From: a virus
Lineage: Duplodnaviria > Caudoviricetes
IMG/VR virus record: IMGVR_UViG_3300032320_002563
Coordinates: 1 to 49,908 of that record
DNA length: 49,908 bases
Reading direction: 5' to 3' (one strand)
Shown here: one piece after another, positions 39,672 through 48,964 of the stretch
How positions within the stretch are numbered: the first letter of the stretch is position 1
Layout of the letters: every line of letters begins with the position of its first letter
The notes under the pieces: model-generated
The model's input: the letters and a program-made list of their open reading frames with translations, nothing else
What the model was told of the DNA's origin: nothing
The model's database searches: none
Made by a program: the position numbers and the translations under genes

Positions 39672-40462
39672 ATATAGGTATAATTGGACTTGGTGTTGTT
39701 GGAGCTGCCTGCAAAAAAGGGTTTGAGTTGCAGGGCCACACGGTATTGGTCCACGACACCAAACTTAACACACTAATTGAATCTATATTACCAACTGAAA
39801 TAGTTTATATCTGCGTGCCTACTCCGTCATTGGATGATGGCACCTGCGATATCTCTATATTGAATGATATAATATCTCAGTTGGACCGTAACAAGTATAC
39901 GGGTATAATTGCCATTAAAAGCACAATGATTCCTGGAACAACTAAAAAATTATCAACTACTACCAACATAGATATTTGTTTTGTGCCAGAATTCCTAAGG
40001 GAATGGTGCGCAGAAGACGATTTTATTGTAAATCATAAATTATTAGCAGTCGGCTGTGACTCTGACGATGCGTTTAATACTGTTGTAAAAAGTCACGGCA
40101 CACTGCCAAAACAGACAATTCGATTATCGACTGTTGAAGCAGAAATTTTAAAATATTATAACAATGTATTCAATGCATTGCGGATAACTTTTGCCAACAA
40201 CATGTTTGAATTGTGTAAGGCACTGGATGCAGATTATATGAAAATAAAAGATTCCTATCTGACCAGGGAAACAGCCACCAATGATTACATGGATTGCAAC
40301 GATGACCTCAGAGGATTTGGTGGTATGTGTTTACCTAAGGATACCTTAGCACTTGCAAAATTATTTGATGATCTGAACTTAAATTATGATTTAATTAAGG
40401 CAATACACAGCGATAATAAAAAATTTAAACAAACTATTCGAACCGGAATGAGAAAACTGTAA
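39668..40462 (+). CDS. ugd: UDP-glucose/GDP-mannose dehydrogenase family protein, short form lacking the C-terminal domain
   Basis: GLGVVG, ICVPTP, IKST, PEFLRE, EILKYYNN, GFGGMCLPKD (catalytic Cys). Confidence 0.85.
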   Translation: MNIGIIGLGVVGAACKKGFELQGHTVLVHDTKLNTLIESILPTEIVYICVPTPSLDDGTCDISILNDIISQLDRNKYTGIIAIKSTMIPGTTKKLSTTTNIDICFVPEFLREWCAEDDFIVNHKLLAVGCDSDDAFNTVVKSHGTLPKQTIRLSTVEAEILKYYNNVFNALRITFANNMFELCKALDADYMKIKDSYLTRETATNDYMDCNDDLRGFGGMCLPKDTLALAKLFDDLNLNYDLIKAIHSDNKKFKQTIRTGMRKL

Positions 40463-41523
40463 TGTCAATTACATTTATTGGAACATCGTTTAATAGACAA
40501 GAACAATGGGGACCCCAAGAAAATAAATTAATAGATTTATTTAAAAAAAAGATTGATACTAAATTTCCCAGCGATAAAAATTTAATTATAAATTTAACTT
40601 GGTTTGGTCCGCAGTTTGGTCAGGAGTGGCAACAGGTTCAATCTCTTATAACAAATAATAAAAAATTTAACAGGTTATTTTGGTTATCTTTGGTTGACCC
40701 TGTTAGTATACTTCCGATACAATTTCAACAAATAGAAAAAGGAGTAGGCGCCGAACACATATACTACATTGGTGGATTTGACGATTCCATTTATAATTTC
40801 AATTTTTCGAGTGTTCCTGTCAGTGAAGATTTTATACCATATGCAGATAACGAAATTTTACTAACCGACCTACAACATTTATTTTTATGCTATAACAGAA
40901 AACCAAAAGCTCACAGAATCGAACTGGTTGAAAAAATATATAAAAATAATTTAGAAATACACGGAGTTGTTACACTTGGAAAAAATGATGTTAATTACGA
41001 TGTAAGTGAGGGAGTAAAAACTGATCTATATTTAACTGTAGATGAAAATAAAGAAGATTATAGTTATAATGGAAAATTTTTAATTCACCATAATTTTGGT
41101 GGAATACCTTATGATTTATGTAGTTTAGGCAGATTAGATATTTGGCAAACACATTTTTTAAACGTAGTCAGCGAAACAGAATTCTTGCCCTGGAATAATA
41201 TGTTTATTACAGAAAAAACATGGAAACCTATATTAGGACTACGGCCATTTATTATCAACGGGCAAACTAAAATTTACAAATATTTACGAGACAATGGTTT
41301 CCGAACGTTCAATCATTATTTCAACGGAACAGAATTGGAGAATATACCAGAGTACGAAGTGCATGATTCTATCATTGCTGTTATAAAATACCTCTCAACA
41401 CTAGACAAAAAGCAAATACTTGGGTTGTACAACGACATGATGCCTGACTTGAAACATAATCAAGATAGATTTTTTGAGTTTGCAAAAGAACAACAATATA
41501 AAATAAATCATTTATTTGAATAA
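40462..41523 (+). CDS. Putative GT-B/GT10-like glycosyltransferase, paralog 2 (AT-rich gene)
   Basis: FLCYNRKPKAHR, VVSETE..FITEKTWKPILGLRPFIING..LRDNGFRTF. Confidence 0.5.
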   Translation: MSITFIGTSFNRQEQWGPQENKLIDLFKKKIDTKFPSDKNLIINLTWFGPQFGQEWQQVQSLITNNKKFNRLFWLSLVDPVSILPIQFQQIEKGVGAEHIYYIGGFDDSIYNFNFSSVPVSEDFIPYADNEILLTDLQHLFLCYNRKPKAHRIELVEKIYKNNLEIHGVVTLGKNDVNYDVSEGVKTDLYLTVDENKEDYSYNGKFLIHHNFGGIPYDLCSLGRLDIWQTHFLNVVSETEFLPWNNMFITEKTWKPILGLRPFIINGQTKIYKYLRDNGFRTFNHYFNGTELENIPEYEVHDSIIAVIKYLSTLDKKQILGLYNDMMPDLKHNQDRFFEFAKEQQYKINHLFE

Positions 41524-41526
41524 TAT

Positions 41527-42708
41527 ATGCTAGGCAATCATAAACTTATTTTAGACACACACAGCGAAGTCTATAGAGAACTTCTGCCCTGGGCCGACGG
41601 AGAATTTTGGGATCTCAAGCAACACGACATAGTTCCAGGTGCTGTATACATCATGTGTCGCGAGCAGGTCAATATAAACAATCAGGAAATACAAAAGCTG
41701 GCACAGGATGGAACAGTGACCGTGATATTAGACAATGCAGCCGAAGGAAGTGAAACCTTGGTCACGTGGTGTTTTATCAAAGGACTAGTGCCATTGATTG
41801 AACAAGGCAAGATCCTGCTCATAGGTGGTGGGGACATGGATCCCGACAAGTGGCCTTATATGAGCTACGAATATTTCTTGCCAAAGATCTTTGATTTTGA
41901 TGAAAATGTTGAAGCCGGCGCCAAGCTGGATGAATATTTTGGTTGCACTGAGAAACCCTACAAATTTTTGTTTTTAAATGGCCGACTGCGATCACACAGG
42001 AAATATCTGCTGGAAAGATTCCGAATCACTGGCGTTTTAGAACAAAGCCTGTGGACCAATCTTGATACAGATTTATCTCTGATCAAAAGCGTACCACAAG
42101 AACGTTGGCAAAATTTCAACAATCTCAAATCCGTAAAATTGGAATATTTGCACAATGGCATCGACATGATCGAAGCGCCGACGACCTTGAAACTGTTGCC
42201 CGAGCAATATGAAGCACCTAGATTTAGAAGCAATCTTGACAAGATACCCAGTGCTGGAAACGTCAAACGCAATTTGTTTGACAATGCCTGGGGAGATGCC
42301 ACTGTGGATGGTTCTGCATATAGAGACACCTATTTTAGCGTGGTCACAGAAACAGTGTTCAACTATCCTTACAGTTTTCGCACAGAGAAAATTTGGAAAC
42401 CCATAGCTGTAGGTCATCCTTGGATAGCCGTGGCCAATTCTGGATTTTACAGAGATCTACACCGTATGGGATTTAAAACATTTGGACATGTCATTGACGA
42501 ATCATTTGATTCCATTGTAGACAACCAATCGCGCATTGAAAGAATAGCACAGGTCGTGGAAGACTTGTGCCAACAAGATCTTGCAAGTTTCTATCAAGAA
42601 TGCTATAATGTATGTAAATACAATCAACAACTTTATGTAGAATACAGACATCGCGTTCCACAAGAACTTCCCCAGCAGTTCCAGCGTTTTATAGAAAAAT
42701 ATCAATGA
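41527..42708 (+). CDS. Putative GT-B/GT10-like glycosyltransferase, paralog 3
   Basis: FLFLNGRLRSHR, VVTETV..RTEKIWKPIAVGHPWI..LHRMGFKTF..IDESFD. Confidence 0.5.
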   Translation: MLGNHKLILDTHSEVYRELLPWADGEFWDLKQHDIVPGAVYIMCREQVNINNQEIQKLAQDGTVTVILDNAAEGSETLVTWCFIKGLVPLIEQGKILLIGGGDMDPDKWPYMSYEYFLPKIFDFDENVEAGAKLDEYFGCTEKPYKFLFLNGRLRSHRKYLLERFRITGVLEQSLWTNLDTDLSLIKSVPQERWQNFNNLKSVKLEYLHNGIDMIEAPTTLKLLPEQYEAPRFRSNLDKIPSAGNVKRNLFDNAWGDATVDGSAYRDTYFSVVTETVFNYPYSFRTEKIWKPIAVGHPWIAVANSGFYRDLHRMGFKTFGHVIDESFDSIVDNQSRIERIAQVVEDLCQQDLASFYQECYNVCKYNQQLYVEYRHRVPQELPQQFQRFIEKYQ

Positions 42709-44042
42709 CGGATTTAGAATTTCGTAGGCAACATCTTGACACCAAAAGTGCCAGCTTTTGCGCGGCCAAATGGTACAATGCTACCATATGGTTGGGATCG
42801 GGGCAAAGCACCAGTTGCCATCATCCTCCGGCACACGCAATTGATCGAGAAGCGTTAAAAACAAATCCCAAGGCCATACACAATACTCCAACTAAAAAAT
42901 TGGATCGTGCTATGATGCAGGCCGGCAACCGTCCACCTGGTTGTGAATACTGTTGGAAGATTGAAGACATGGGTGTAGACGCTGTCAGCGACCGTGTATA
43001 CAAAAGTAAAATTTACCCATTGGAGTCATTGAATGAAGCATACAACACACCCAGCCAAGCGGACGTCAATCTTCGAACGCTTGAAATTGCATTCGATCGC
43101 ACTTGCCAATTCGCTTGTAGCTATTGTAATCCTGCTTTCAGTAGCACATGGGTCAACGATATCAAACGCAACGGCGCCTATGAGCACTTGGTGTCTGATG
43201 GGCGTGGCCACTTTACTCACACTCACGATAGTGCTCAACTATACCGGTTTGGTGAAACGAATCCGTACACTGAAGCGTTCTTTGAGTGGTGGGAGTCGGA
43301 CCTCCATCAAACACTTCAAGAGCTAAGAATCACCGGCGGTGAGCCCACTATGAGTGGCGAACTGTGGAAGCTGATTGATTGGTTCAAAGCCAACAAAGGC
43401 AAGAGTCAAACACGTCTGGCCATCAACAGCAATCTGGGTATGGATCGATTAAAATTGTTAGAATTTATTGAACGAGTTAAAGATATTCCACACTTGGAAA
43501 TTTACACCAGCATGGAAGCTGTAGATCAACAAGCCGAGTATATTCGTGACGGATTAGATTACGATTTATGGATGCACAATGTTCAAGAGTTGTTGGAGCA
43601 TGATAGTATCAAGGCAGTGCATTGTATGTGTACCATTAATGCACTTTGTCTTAACAGCCTAGATGACCTGTTAGACCAGTTGGTAAAACTAAAGCAAGTA
43701 TATGGACGACAGCGGGTGAGTTTTACATTGAATATACTACGCTTTCCTAGCTTTCAAAGCCCCTTGGTGTTACCAGAACATTTACTATTGTACTATCGCA
43801 ATCGATTAATCCAGTGGGTAACAGCGCACCAAGAACAAGAATACATGCACGAACATGAAATTAATCATTTAAGTAGACTAATTGATTACTTAGATCTTGT
43901 CAAGACTCCACACAGTGACACGTTCGAAATGCCAAAATTACACAATGACTTTAAACAATTTCATCAACAATACGATCAGCGTCGTGGCAAAGACTTTGTT
44001 ACGACATTTCCAATATTGAAAGATTGGTATAATTCACTATAA
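42705..44042 (+). CDS. Radical SAM protein with N-terminal twitch-like domain, paralog 2
   Basis: CQFACSYC, TGGEP, EYIRDG; N-terminal CAAKW..SCHHP..CEYCW. Confidence 0.88.
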   Translation: MTDLEFRRQHLDTKSASFCAAKWYNATIWLGSGQSTSCHHPPAHAIDREALKTNPKAIHNTPTKKLDRAMMQAGNRPPGCEYCWKIEDMGVDAVSDRVYKSKIYPLESLNEAYNTPSQADVNLRTLEIAFDRTCQFACSYCNPAFSSTWVNDIKRNGAYEHLVSDGRGHFTHTHDSAQLYRFGETNPYTEAFFEWWESDLHQTLQELRITGGEPTMSGELWKLIDWFKANKGKSQTRLAINSNLGMDRLKLLEFIERVKDIPHLEIYTSMEAVDQQAEYIRDGLDYDLWMHNVQELLEHDSIKAVHCMCTINALCLNSLDDLLDQLVKLKQVYGRQRVSFTLNILRFPSFQSPLVLPEHLLLYYRNRLIQWVTAHQEQEYMHEHEINHLSRLIDYLDLVKTPHSDTFEMPKLHNDFKQFHQQYDQRRGKDFVTTFPILKDWYNSL

Positions 44043-45298
44043 TGTCATATAATTACAACAGTACCGACCTAGTAAAGCCAGTGGAACTCACTGAACGTGA
44101 AGAATTTTTATTAAAAGATAGTAAAACATTCTGCATCTATCCTTGGATACACTTGCATGCTTACCCCACCGGCGAAGCCTACCCTTGTTGTCATGCTGAA
44201 ATGGCCTATCCAGTGGGCAACGCTCGTTTCAAAACGCTGGAAGAGATCTATAGAGATGCACCCATGCGTGAGTTGCGAAAAGACATGTTGAATGAGCGAT
44301 TAAATCCTGCCTGTAACCGTTGCTATGAGCAAGAAGAGTCTGGATTTTTCTCGGGTCGAAAGAGTGCCAACAAGCATCACGGGCATCACATCAAACGTAT
44401 AGACGATGACCGATTCCAAATGAGTTACTGGGACATCAGGTTCAGTAATCTGTGTAACCTCAGTTGTCGCAGTTGTGGACATATCTTTAGCAGCAGCTGG
44501 TATCAGGATCAGGCCAAACTAGCCGGAGGTGATTGGAAAGATCGCAACCGAGCGTTGAACTATGCTGGCCGTACCGAAACAGACATGTGGGAACAACTCG
44601 TGCCACATCTGGATTATGTAGAGCAGATCTACTTTGCCGGAGGTGAACCTCTGATGATGGCCGAACACTACAATATCCTAGATGAACTGGAGCGACGCGG
44701 AAGATTTGATGTGCGCTTGATATACAACACAAACTTTACACATGTTCAACTCAAAGACCGCACAGTTTTTGATTACTGGAAGAAGTTCAAAAGCGTGGCA
44801 GTGGGAGCCAGTCTAGATGCCATGGGTCCGCGTGCAGAATATATTCGACGAGGTACAGACTGGGACACAGTAGAGCGCAACCGCACACAGATGTTGGAGA
44901 TATGTCCTGATGTAGATTTTTACATCAGTCCCACGTTGAGCATAATGAATGCTTGGAACTTGCCGTTGTTTCATAGAGACTGGACTGAACGTGGATTGAT
45001 TCGCGCACAAGATCTCAACGTAAACATTCTTCAAGACCCTGTACACTACAGAATTGATGTGGCCAACAGCTATTACAAAGGTCAGTTACGAGCACAATTT
45101 GAACGACATCTGGAATGGTTGCGTCCATTGGATCCTTTGCAACGTGCCACGGTAGGTTTTGAAAGTGCTATCAAATTTATGGACGCCACAGACAACAGTC
45201 ATTTGTTGCCTAAATTTTGGGAACGCACACAACAACTTGATGAGATTCGTCGAGAAAATATATTTGAAGTCCTGCCAGAACTGAGGGCATTACAATGA
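44042..45298 (+). CDS. Radical SAM protein with N-terminal twitch-like domain, paralog 3
   Basis: CNLSCRSC, AGGEP, YNTN; N-terminal CIYPW..PCC..CNRC. Confidence 0.9.
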   Translation: MSYNYNSTDLVKPVELTEREEFLLKDSKTFCIYPWIHLHAYPTGEAYPCCHAEMAYPVGNARFKTLEEIYRDAPMRELRKDMLNERLNPACNRCYEQEESGFFSGRKSANKHHGHHIKRIDDDRFQMSYWDIRFSNLCNLSCRSCGHIFSSSWYQDQAKLAGGDWKDRNRALNYAGRTETDMWEQLVPHLDYVEQIYFAGGEPLMMAEHYNILDELERRGRFDVRLIYNTNFTHVQLKDRTVFDYWKKFKSVAVGASLDAMGPRAEYIRRGTDWDTVERNRTQMLEICPDVDFYISPTLSIMNAWNLPLFHRDWTERGLIRAQDLNVNILQDPVHYRIDVANSYYKGQLRAQFERHLEWLRPLDPLQRATVGFESAIKFMDATDNSHLLPKFWERTQQLDEIRRENIFEVLPELRALQ

Positions 45299-46512
45299 AC
45301 TTGCCGCATGATCGATTCTGTGTGTTGCCTTGGGTCAGTCTGGAAACATCGCCAATTGGCACTGTGAGACCTTGTTGTTTGGCCGATGACGAAATTGTCA
45401 ACGATGCAGGGGAAAAGTTTAATCTAGGCACAGCCAACTTTGCAGATATACAAAACAGTCGTCACATGCAAACTCTTAGAGAAGAATTTTTGTCAGGTCA
45501 ACAGCCACAGACCTGTAGAAAATGCTGGAGAGAAGAACGTGCAGGACGCACATCAAAACGCATGCACACCTTGGATCGACTCAAACACATGTTACCAGAT
45601 CAGCCCTGGACACGCGATGCCAAGCCACTTATGTTCTTGGATTTGAAACTGGGCAATATCTGTAACCTTAAATGTCGTATCTGTGGAAGCTGGAGTTCCA
45701 GCACTTTTGCCACAGAAGAGTTGGCCAATTTACCCGCCGACGAACCTAAGAAAACCAGTCATCATTACACTATGCTTAAACAAGGTGCATGGCCTAGAGA
45801 AAATCCCACATTCTGGAGTGAGATAGACAAGGTAGTGGATCAAATCCAATATATTGAATTCACTGGTGGTGAGCCATTCATGATCCAAGAACACTTTGAC
45901 ATGCTAAAAGGCCTAGTGGATCGAGGTATAGCCCATCAAGTGGAAATACACTACAACACCAACGGTACCCAATGGCCCGATCAGGCCGAAGAGATTTGGC
46001 AATATTTCAAGCATGTGGAAGTTGCATTCAGCATCGACGATGTGGGTGCCAGATTTGAATATCAACGTAGCAACGCGGTCTGGAGTCAAGTGTGTGAAAA
46101 CCTATCAAGATTCCGTGCCATGCGTGAACGGTTGTTGAACATGAGCCTACAGGTCTGTTGTACTGTGAATGTGTTCAATGTCTTGTATCTTGAACATGTG
46201 GCTGAGTGGATTGATCAACAAGATTTTGATTTTGTTTACTGGAACATGATGCACGATGCATACTATTTCAGTATCGCTACCTTGCCCGATGTTGCTAAAA
46301 AGGCTGTTACCGACAAATTATCCAACGCACAGGTCAGTGCCAAAACACAAAAAGAATTCCGGCAAATTTTGGATTTTATGAACAACGGAAACAGTCTGGA
46401 TGGATTTATTCTGCGCATGCGAGTGGCCGATCTAGATCGTAAACGGCAACAAAATTTAGCCCTGGTACAACCAGAATTAGCACAAATCATTGATTATGCC
46501 GGCCCCAATTAA
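45295..46512 (+). CDS. Radical SAM protein with N-terminal twitch-like domain, paralog 4
   Basis: CNLKCRIC, TGGEP, YNTNG; N-terminal CVLPW..PCC..CRKC. Confidence 0.9.
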   Translation: MNLPHDRFCVLPWVSLETSPIGTVRPCCLADDEIVNDAGEKFNLGTANFADIQNSRHMQTLREEFLSGQQPQTCRKCWREERAGRTSKRMHTLDRLKHMLPDQPWTRDAKPLMFLDLKLGNICNLKCRICGSWSSSTFATEELANLPADEPKKTSHHYTMLKQGAWPRENPTFWSEIDKVVDQIQYIEFTGGEPFMIQEHFDMLKGLVDRGIAHQVEIHYNTNGTQWPDQAEEIWQYFKHVEVAFSIDDVGARFEYQRSNAVWSQVCENLSRFRAMRERLLNMSLQVCCTVNVFNVLYLEHVAEWIDQQDFDFVYWNMMHDAYYFSIATLPDVAKKAVTDKLSNAQVSAKTQKEFRQILDFMNNGNSLDGFILRMRVADLDRKRQQNLALVQPELAQIIDYAGPN

Positions 46513-47803
46513 ACGTCCCGAAACCTTGTGCATGGCACCATGGACGCACACATACCTCAGTCCGCAGACCGAACGCCGTATGTGTTGTGCGTCAAGAGAA
46601 CCTGCGCAGAGTTTTGAACAGTATATAGACACAGCCACCGGTTCTGGAGAATATCGGCCTGTGAGTCTAGATGAACACTGGAACAATCCTCACATGCGCA
46701 GTGTGCGACTGAGAATGATGCGGGGAGAAACTTTGCCCGAGTGTGAAGTATGCAACAACAAATTATTGAACACTGATGTATATAGAGACTATTTCAATAG
46801 ATTGTTTGAACACAAATATGAAGAATGCATGCGGTCTACGGATCGCTATGGGTTTACCAAGGTTCGCCCTGTGAGTTGGGATTACAGATTTAGTAATCTC
46901 TGCAATTTCAAATGCCGCATGTGTGGCGACATGTTATCCAGTGCATGGGAAAGCGAACAACGTCAACACAACATGATTGATTGGTCAAATCCCAAGAATA
47001 CCTGGATGCAACCAGAAGTACGTGAACAGATTTCGGCCTATCAAGACAGCCAAATTGAAGCTGAATTTTCCTTGGCAGTTGAACAACACAGAGTTGAAGA
47101 AGTGTATTGGGTAGGAGGGGAACCGCTGATGTATGAACAACATTGGCGGTATATGAAACGCATAGTTGAACTAGGAGATGGACCACGAGTTTATGCAAGA
47201 TACAACACTAACCTTAGCCGTGTGGACTATCGCGGCTGTAATCTTTATCGTGACGTGCTGGCGCATCTACGTGACTGGCAAATCTGCGCCAGCCTTGACG
47301 GAACAGGACCCACGGGAGAATACATCCGTACGGGACTGGATTTTTCCTCCTGGTTGGTAAATTTCCGTCAAGGTTTAGAAATAGCACGTCATCGCAGACA
47401 GATGCGCATTGATTTTACGTTGACCTTGCCTGGCCTGTTTGAAGTTGTAAATATTCAAAAACTGGCCAATGAGTTAAATGTAGACATATTAGCCAAAGTG
47501 ATATTCAGTTTTACTCCAGATATTATCCTTTCGCCATTGGCGTTGCCACGCCAGTTGCTTGATAAAAAAATAGATGAGTTGGCCGCAATGACCACGGGCG
47601 CACTAAACGATGTGTTGTTACAGCTCAAACACAGACCTACTTTTGAAGAACAATGGCCGGATACTTATCAAGCGGGACTTGCAAAAGGCAAGCAACGTGT
47701 GTTAAAATTAGAACAAATACGCGACGATAACTATACCTTGTCCGACATATTACAACAGGATCCTGAAATTTATGAGTGGTGGCAAAATATTAGAACAAAT
47801 TGA
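46496..47803 (+). CDS. Radical SAM protein with N-terminal twitch-like domain, paralog 5
   Basis: CNFKCRMC, VGGEP, YNTN, EYIRTG; N-terminal CMAPW..MCC..CEVC; ATG 46496 preferred over TTG 46490. Confidence 0.9.
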   Translation: MPAPIKRPETLCMAPWTHTYLSPQTERRMCCASREPAQSFEQYIDTATGSGEYRPVSLDEHWNNPHMRSVRLRMMRGETLPECEVCNNKLLNTDVYRDYFNRLFEHKYEECMRSTDRYGFTKVRPVSWDYRFSNLCNFKCRMCGDMLSSAWESEQRQHNMIDWSNPKNTWMQPEVREQISAYQDSQIEAEFSLAVEQHRVEEVYWVGGEPLMYEQHWRYMKRIVELGDGPRVYARYNTNLSRVDYRGCNLYRDVLAHLRDWQICASLDGTGPTGEYIRTGLDFSSWLVNFRQGLEIARHRRQMRIDFTLTLPGLFEVVNIQKLANELNVDILAKVIFSFTPDIILSPLALPRQLLDKKIDELAAMTTGALNDVLLQLKHRPTFEEQWPDTYQAGLAKGKQRVLKLEQIRDDNYTLSDILQQDPEIYEWWQNIRTN

Positions 47804-48866
47804 AATCGATTTGCGAGACCGACGTTCTCAAGAATTAAAAACAATATACATCGACATTTACGATAACTCTTTGAGTCATAAATGGCTCCGGGCTTTGGAT
47901 GATCTTTTGCAAGGCAAATATCATCTGGAAAAAAACTATTGTTTTTTTGGCTTCGTTGAACACCAACGCAATGGTCCTTATATACTGGATCAAATAAATC
48001 TTTCAATCCAGGCCATCAATCTGGCCAATATTGGTTATTACATTGATGATCATTTTACCATGGCCAATTGCTTTACAGATATTCCTGGACCAGATCGCAC
48101 CGTGGGCAGGACCGTGATGCAGGAAAAACTTAATTGGTTGCACAGGTATTTTGAAGATCTACAAGGAGTAAGTGGTAACATAAGTCCTTATTATATCAAA
48201 GCAGATTCGGCCACACGCTGGCATATAAGACAACTCAATTTGCTGTGTCATGAGTTTGAAAGTTGGGCGCTAAGTTACAGAAAACAAATAGAAGCTCCAG
48301 AGTGGATCAGACCCAGTCAACTAATGTGTTGGCTGAATGCTCCTCGTTTTGTTTTAGACCAAAAAGATTATGAATTGTTTGGAATAGAAACAATCAGCAG
48401 ACCATTGGGCGGAGTTTTTGTGGGAGTAAACAAAGCTGTGGGCAAGCACCATTGGGAGGTATTCAACGACGAGGGACGAGATAGTCGTATTGATGAATTG
48501 GTCAGCACTACACTCAAAAACCAAACTGAAGCTGCTGGTGATTTTGACATTGAGTGGGGCAAAAACCCCCGCAATTATGAATTTCAAGAAAGAAAATTTG
48601 CTGAATTTCGTGAGTGGTTACAGGTCAACGGATTTGATCCGGAAGACAAAAATTTGACCATTGGGCATCCACAAATCGGTCAGGTTGATCTAGAAAAAAG
48701 TTTTGGATCAAATAATCAAACTGTAATTTGGCAAGTGTTAAATAATTATCTTGACGTGTTTAGGATCAAAACCAGCAACAAGTTAGCGGTTTATGATTAT
48801 CACTGGTCCGACACCGATTACATGCAAAAACAGATAGAGATCATCGCTAACAAGGAACACAAATGA
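47772..48866 (+). CDS. Hypothetical protein, possible His/Glu-ligated metalloenzyme
   Basis: 364-aa ORF coupled to both neighbours; twin helical motifs LNWLHRYFE and LNLLCHEFE plus VGKHHWE. Confidence 0.6.
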   Translation: MSGGKILEQIEIDLRDRRSQELKTIYIDIYDNSLSHKWLRALDDLLQGKYHLEKNYCFFGFVEHQRNGPYILDQINLSIQAINLANIGYYIDDHFTMANCFTDIPGPDRTVGRTVMQEKLNWLHRYFEDLQGVSGNISPYYIKADSATRWHIRQLNLLCHEFESWALSYRKQIEAPEWIRPSQLMCWLNAPRFVLDQKDYELFGIETISRPLGGVFVGVNKAVGKHHWEVFNDEGRDSRIDELVSTTLKNQTEAAGDFDIEWGKNPRNYEFQERKFAEFREWLQVNGFDPEDKNLTIGHPQIGQVDLEKSFGSNNQTVIWQVLNNYLDVFRIKTSNKLAVYDYHWSDTDYMQKQIEIIANKEHK

Positions 48867-48964
48867 ACTGGATAAAAAATTTGATTAATCGTATCAAGCT
48901 AGAAATACGTTATCGTAAAAAACTAAAAGAACTTCGCAAGCGGGACCCTTTTATCTATAAATGA
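48863..48964 (+). CDS. 33-aa basic peptide ending in DPFIYK
   Basis: Hand translation MNWIKNLINRIKLEIRYRKKLKELRKRDPFIYK*; AAGGA SD upstream; ATGA overlaps at both ends fill the gap exactly. Confidence 0.8.
   Translation: MNWIKNLINRIKLEIRYRKKLKELRKRDPFIYK

Noticed and set aside
37390-48964. Reading the radical SAM array as a RiPP cluster
   Set aside because: No RRE/PqqD domain, protease, transporter or leader-core precursor seen; neighbours are sugar enzymes. Kept only as a minor alternative for the 33-aa peptide
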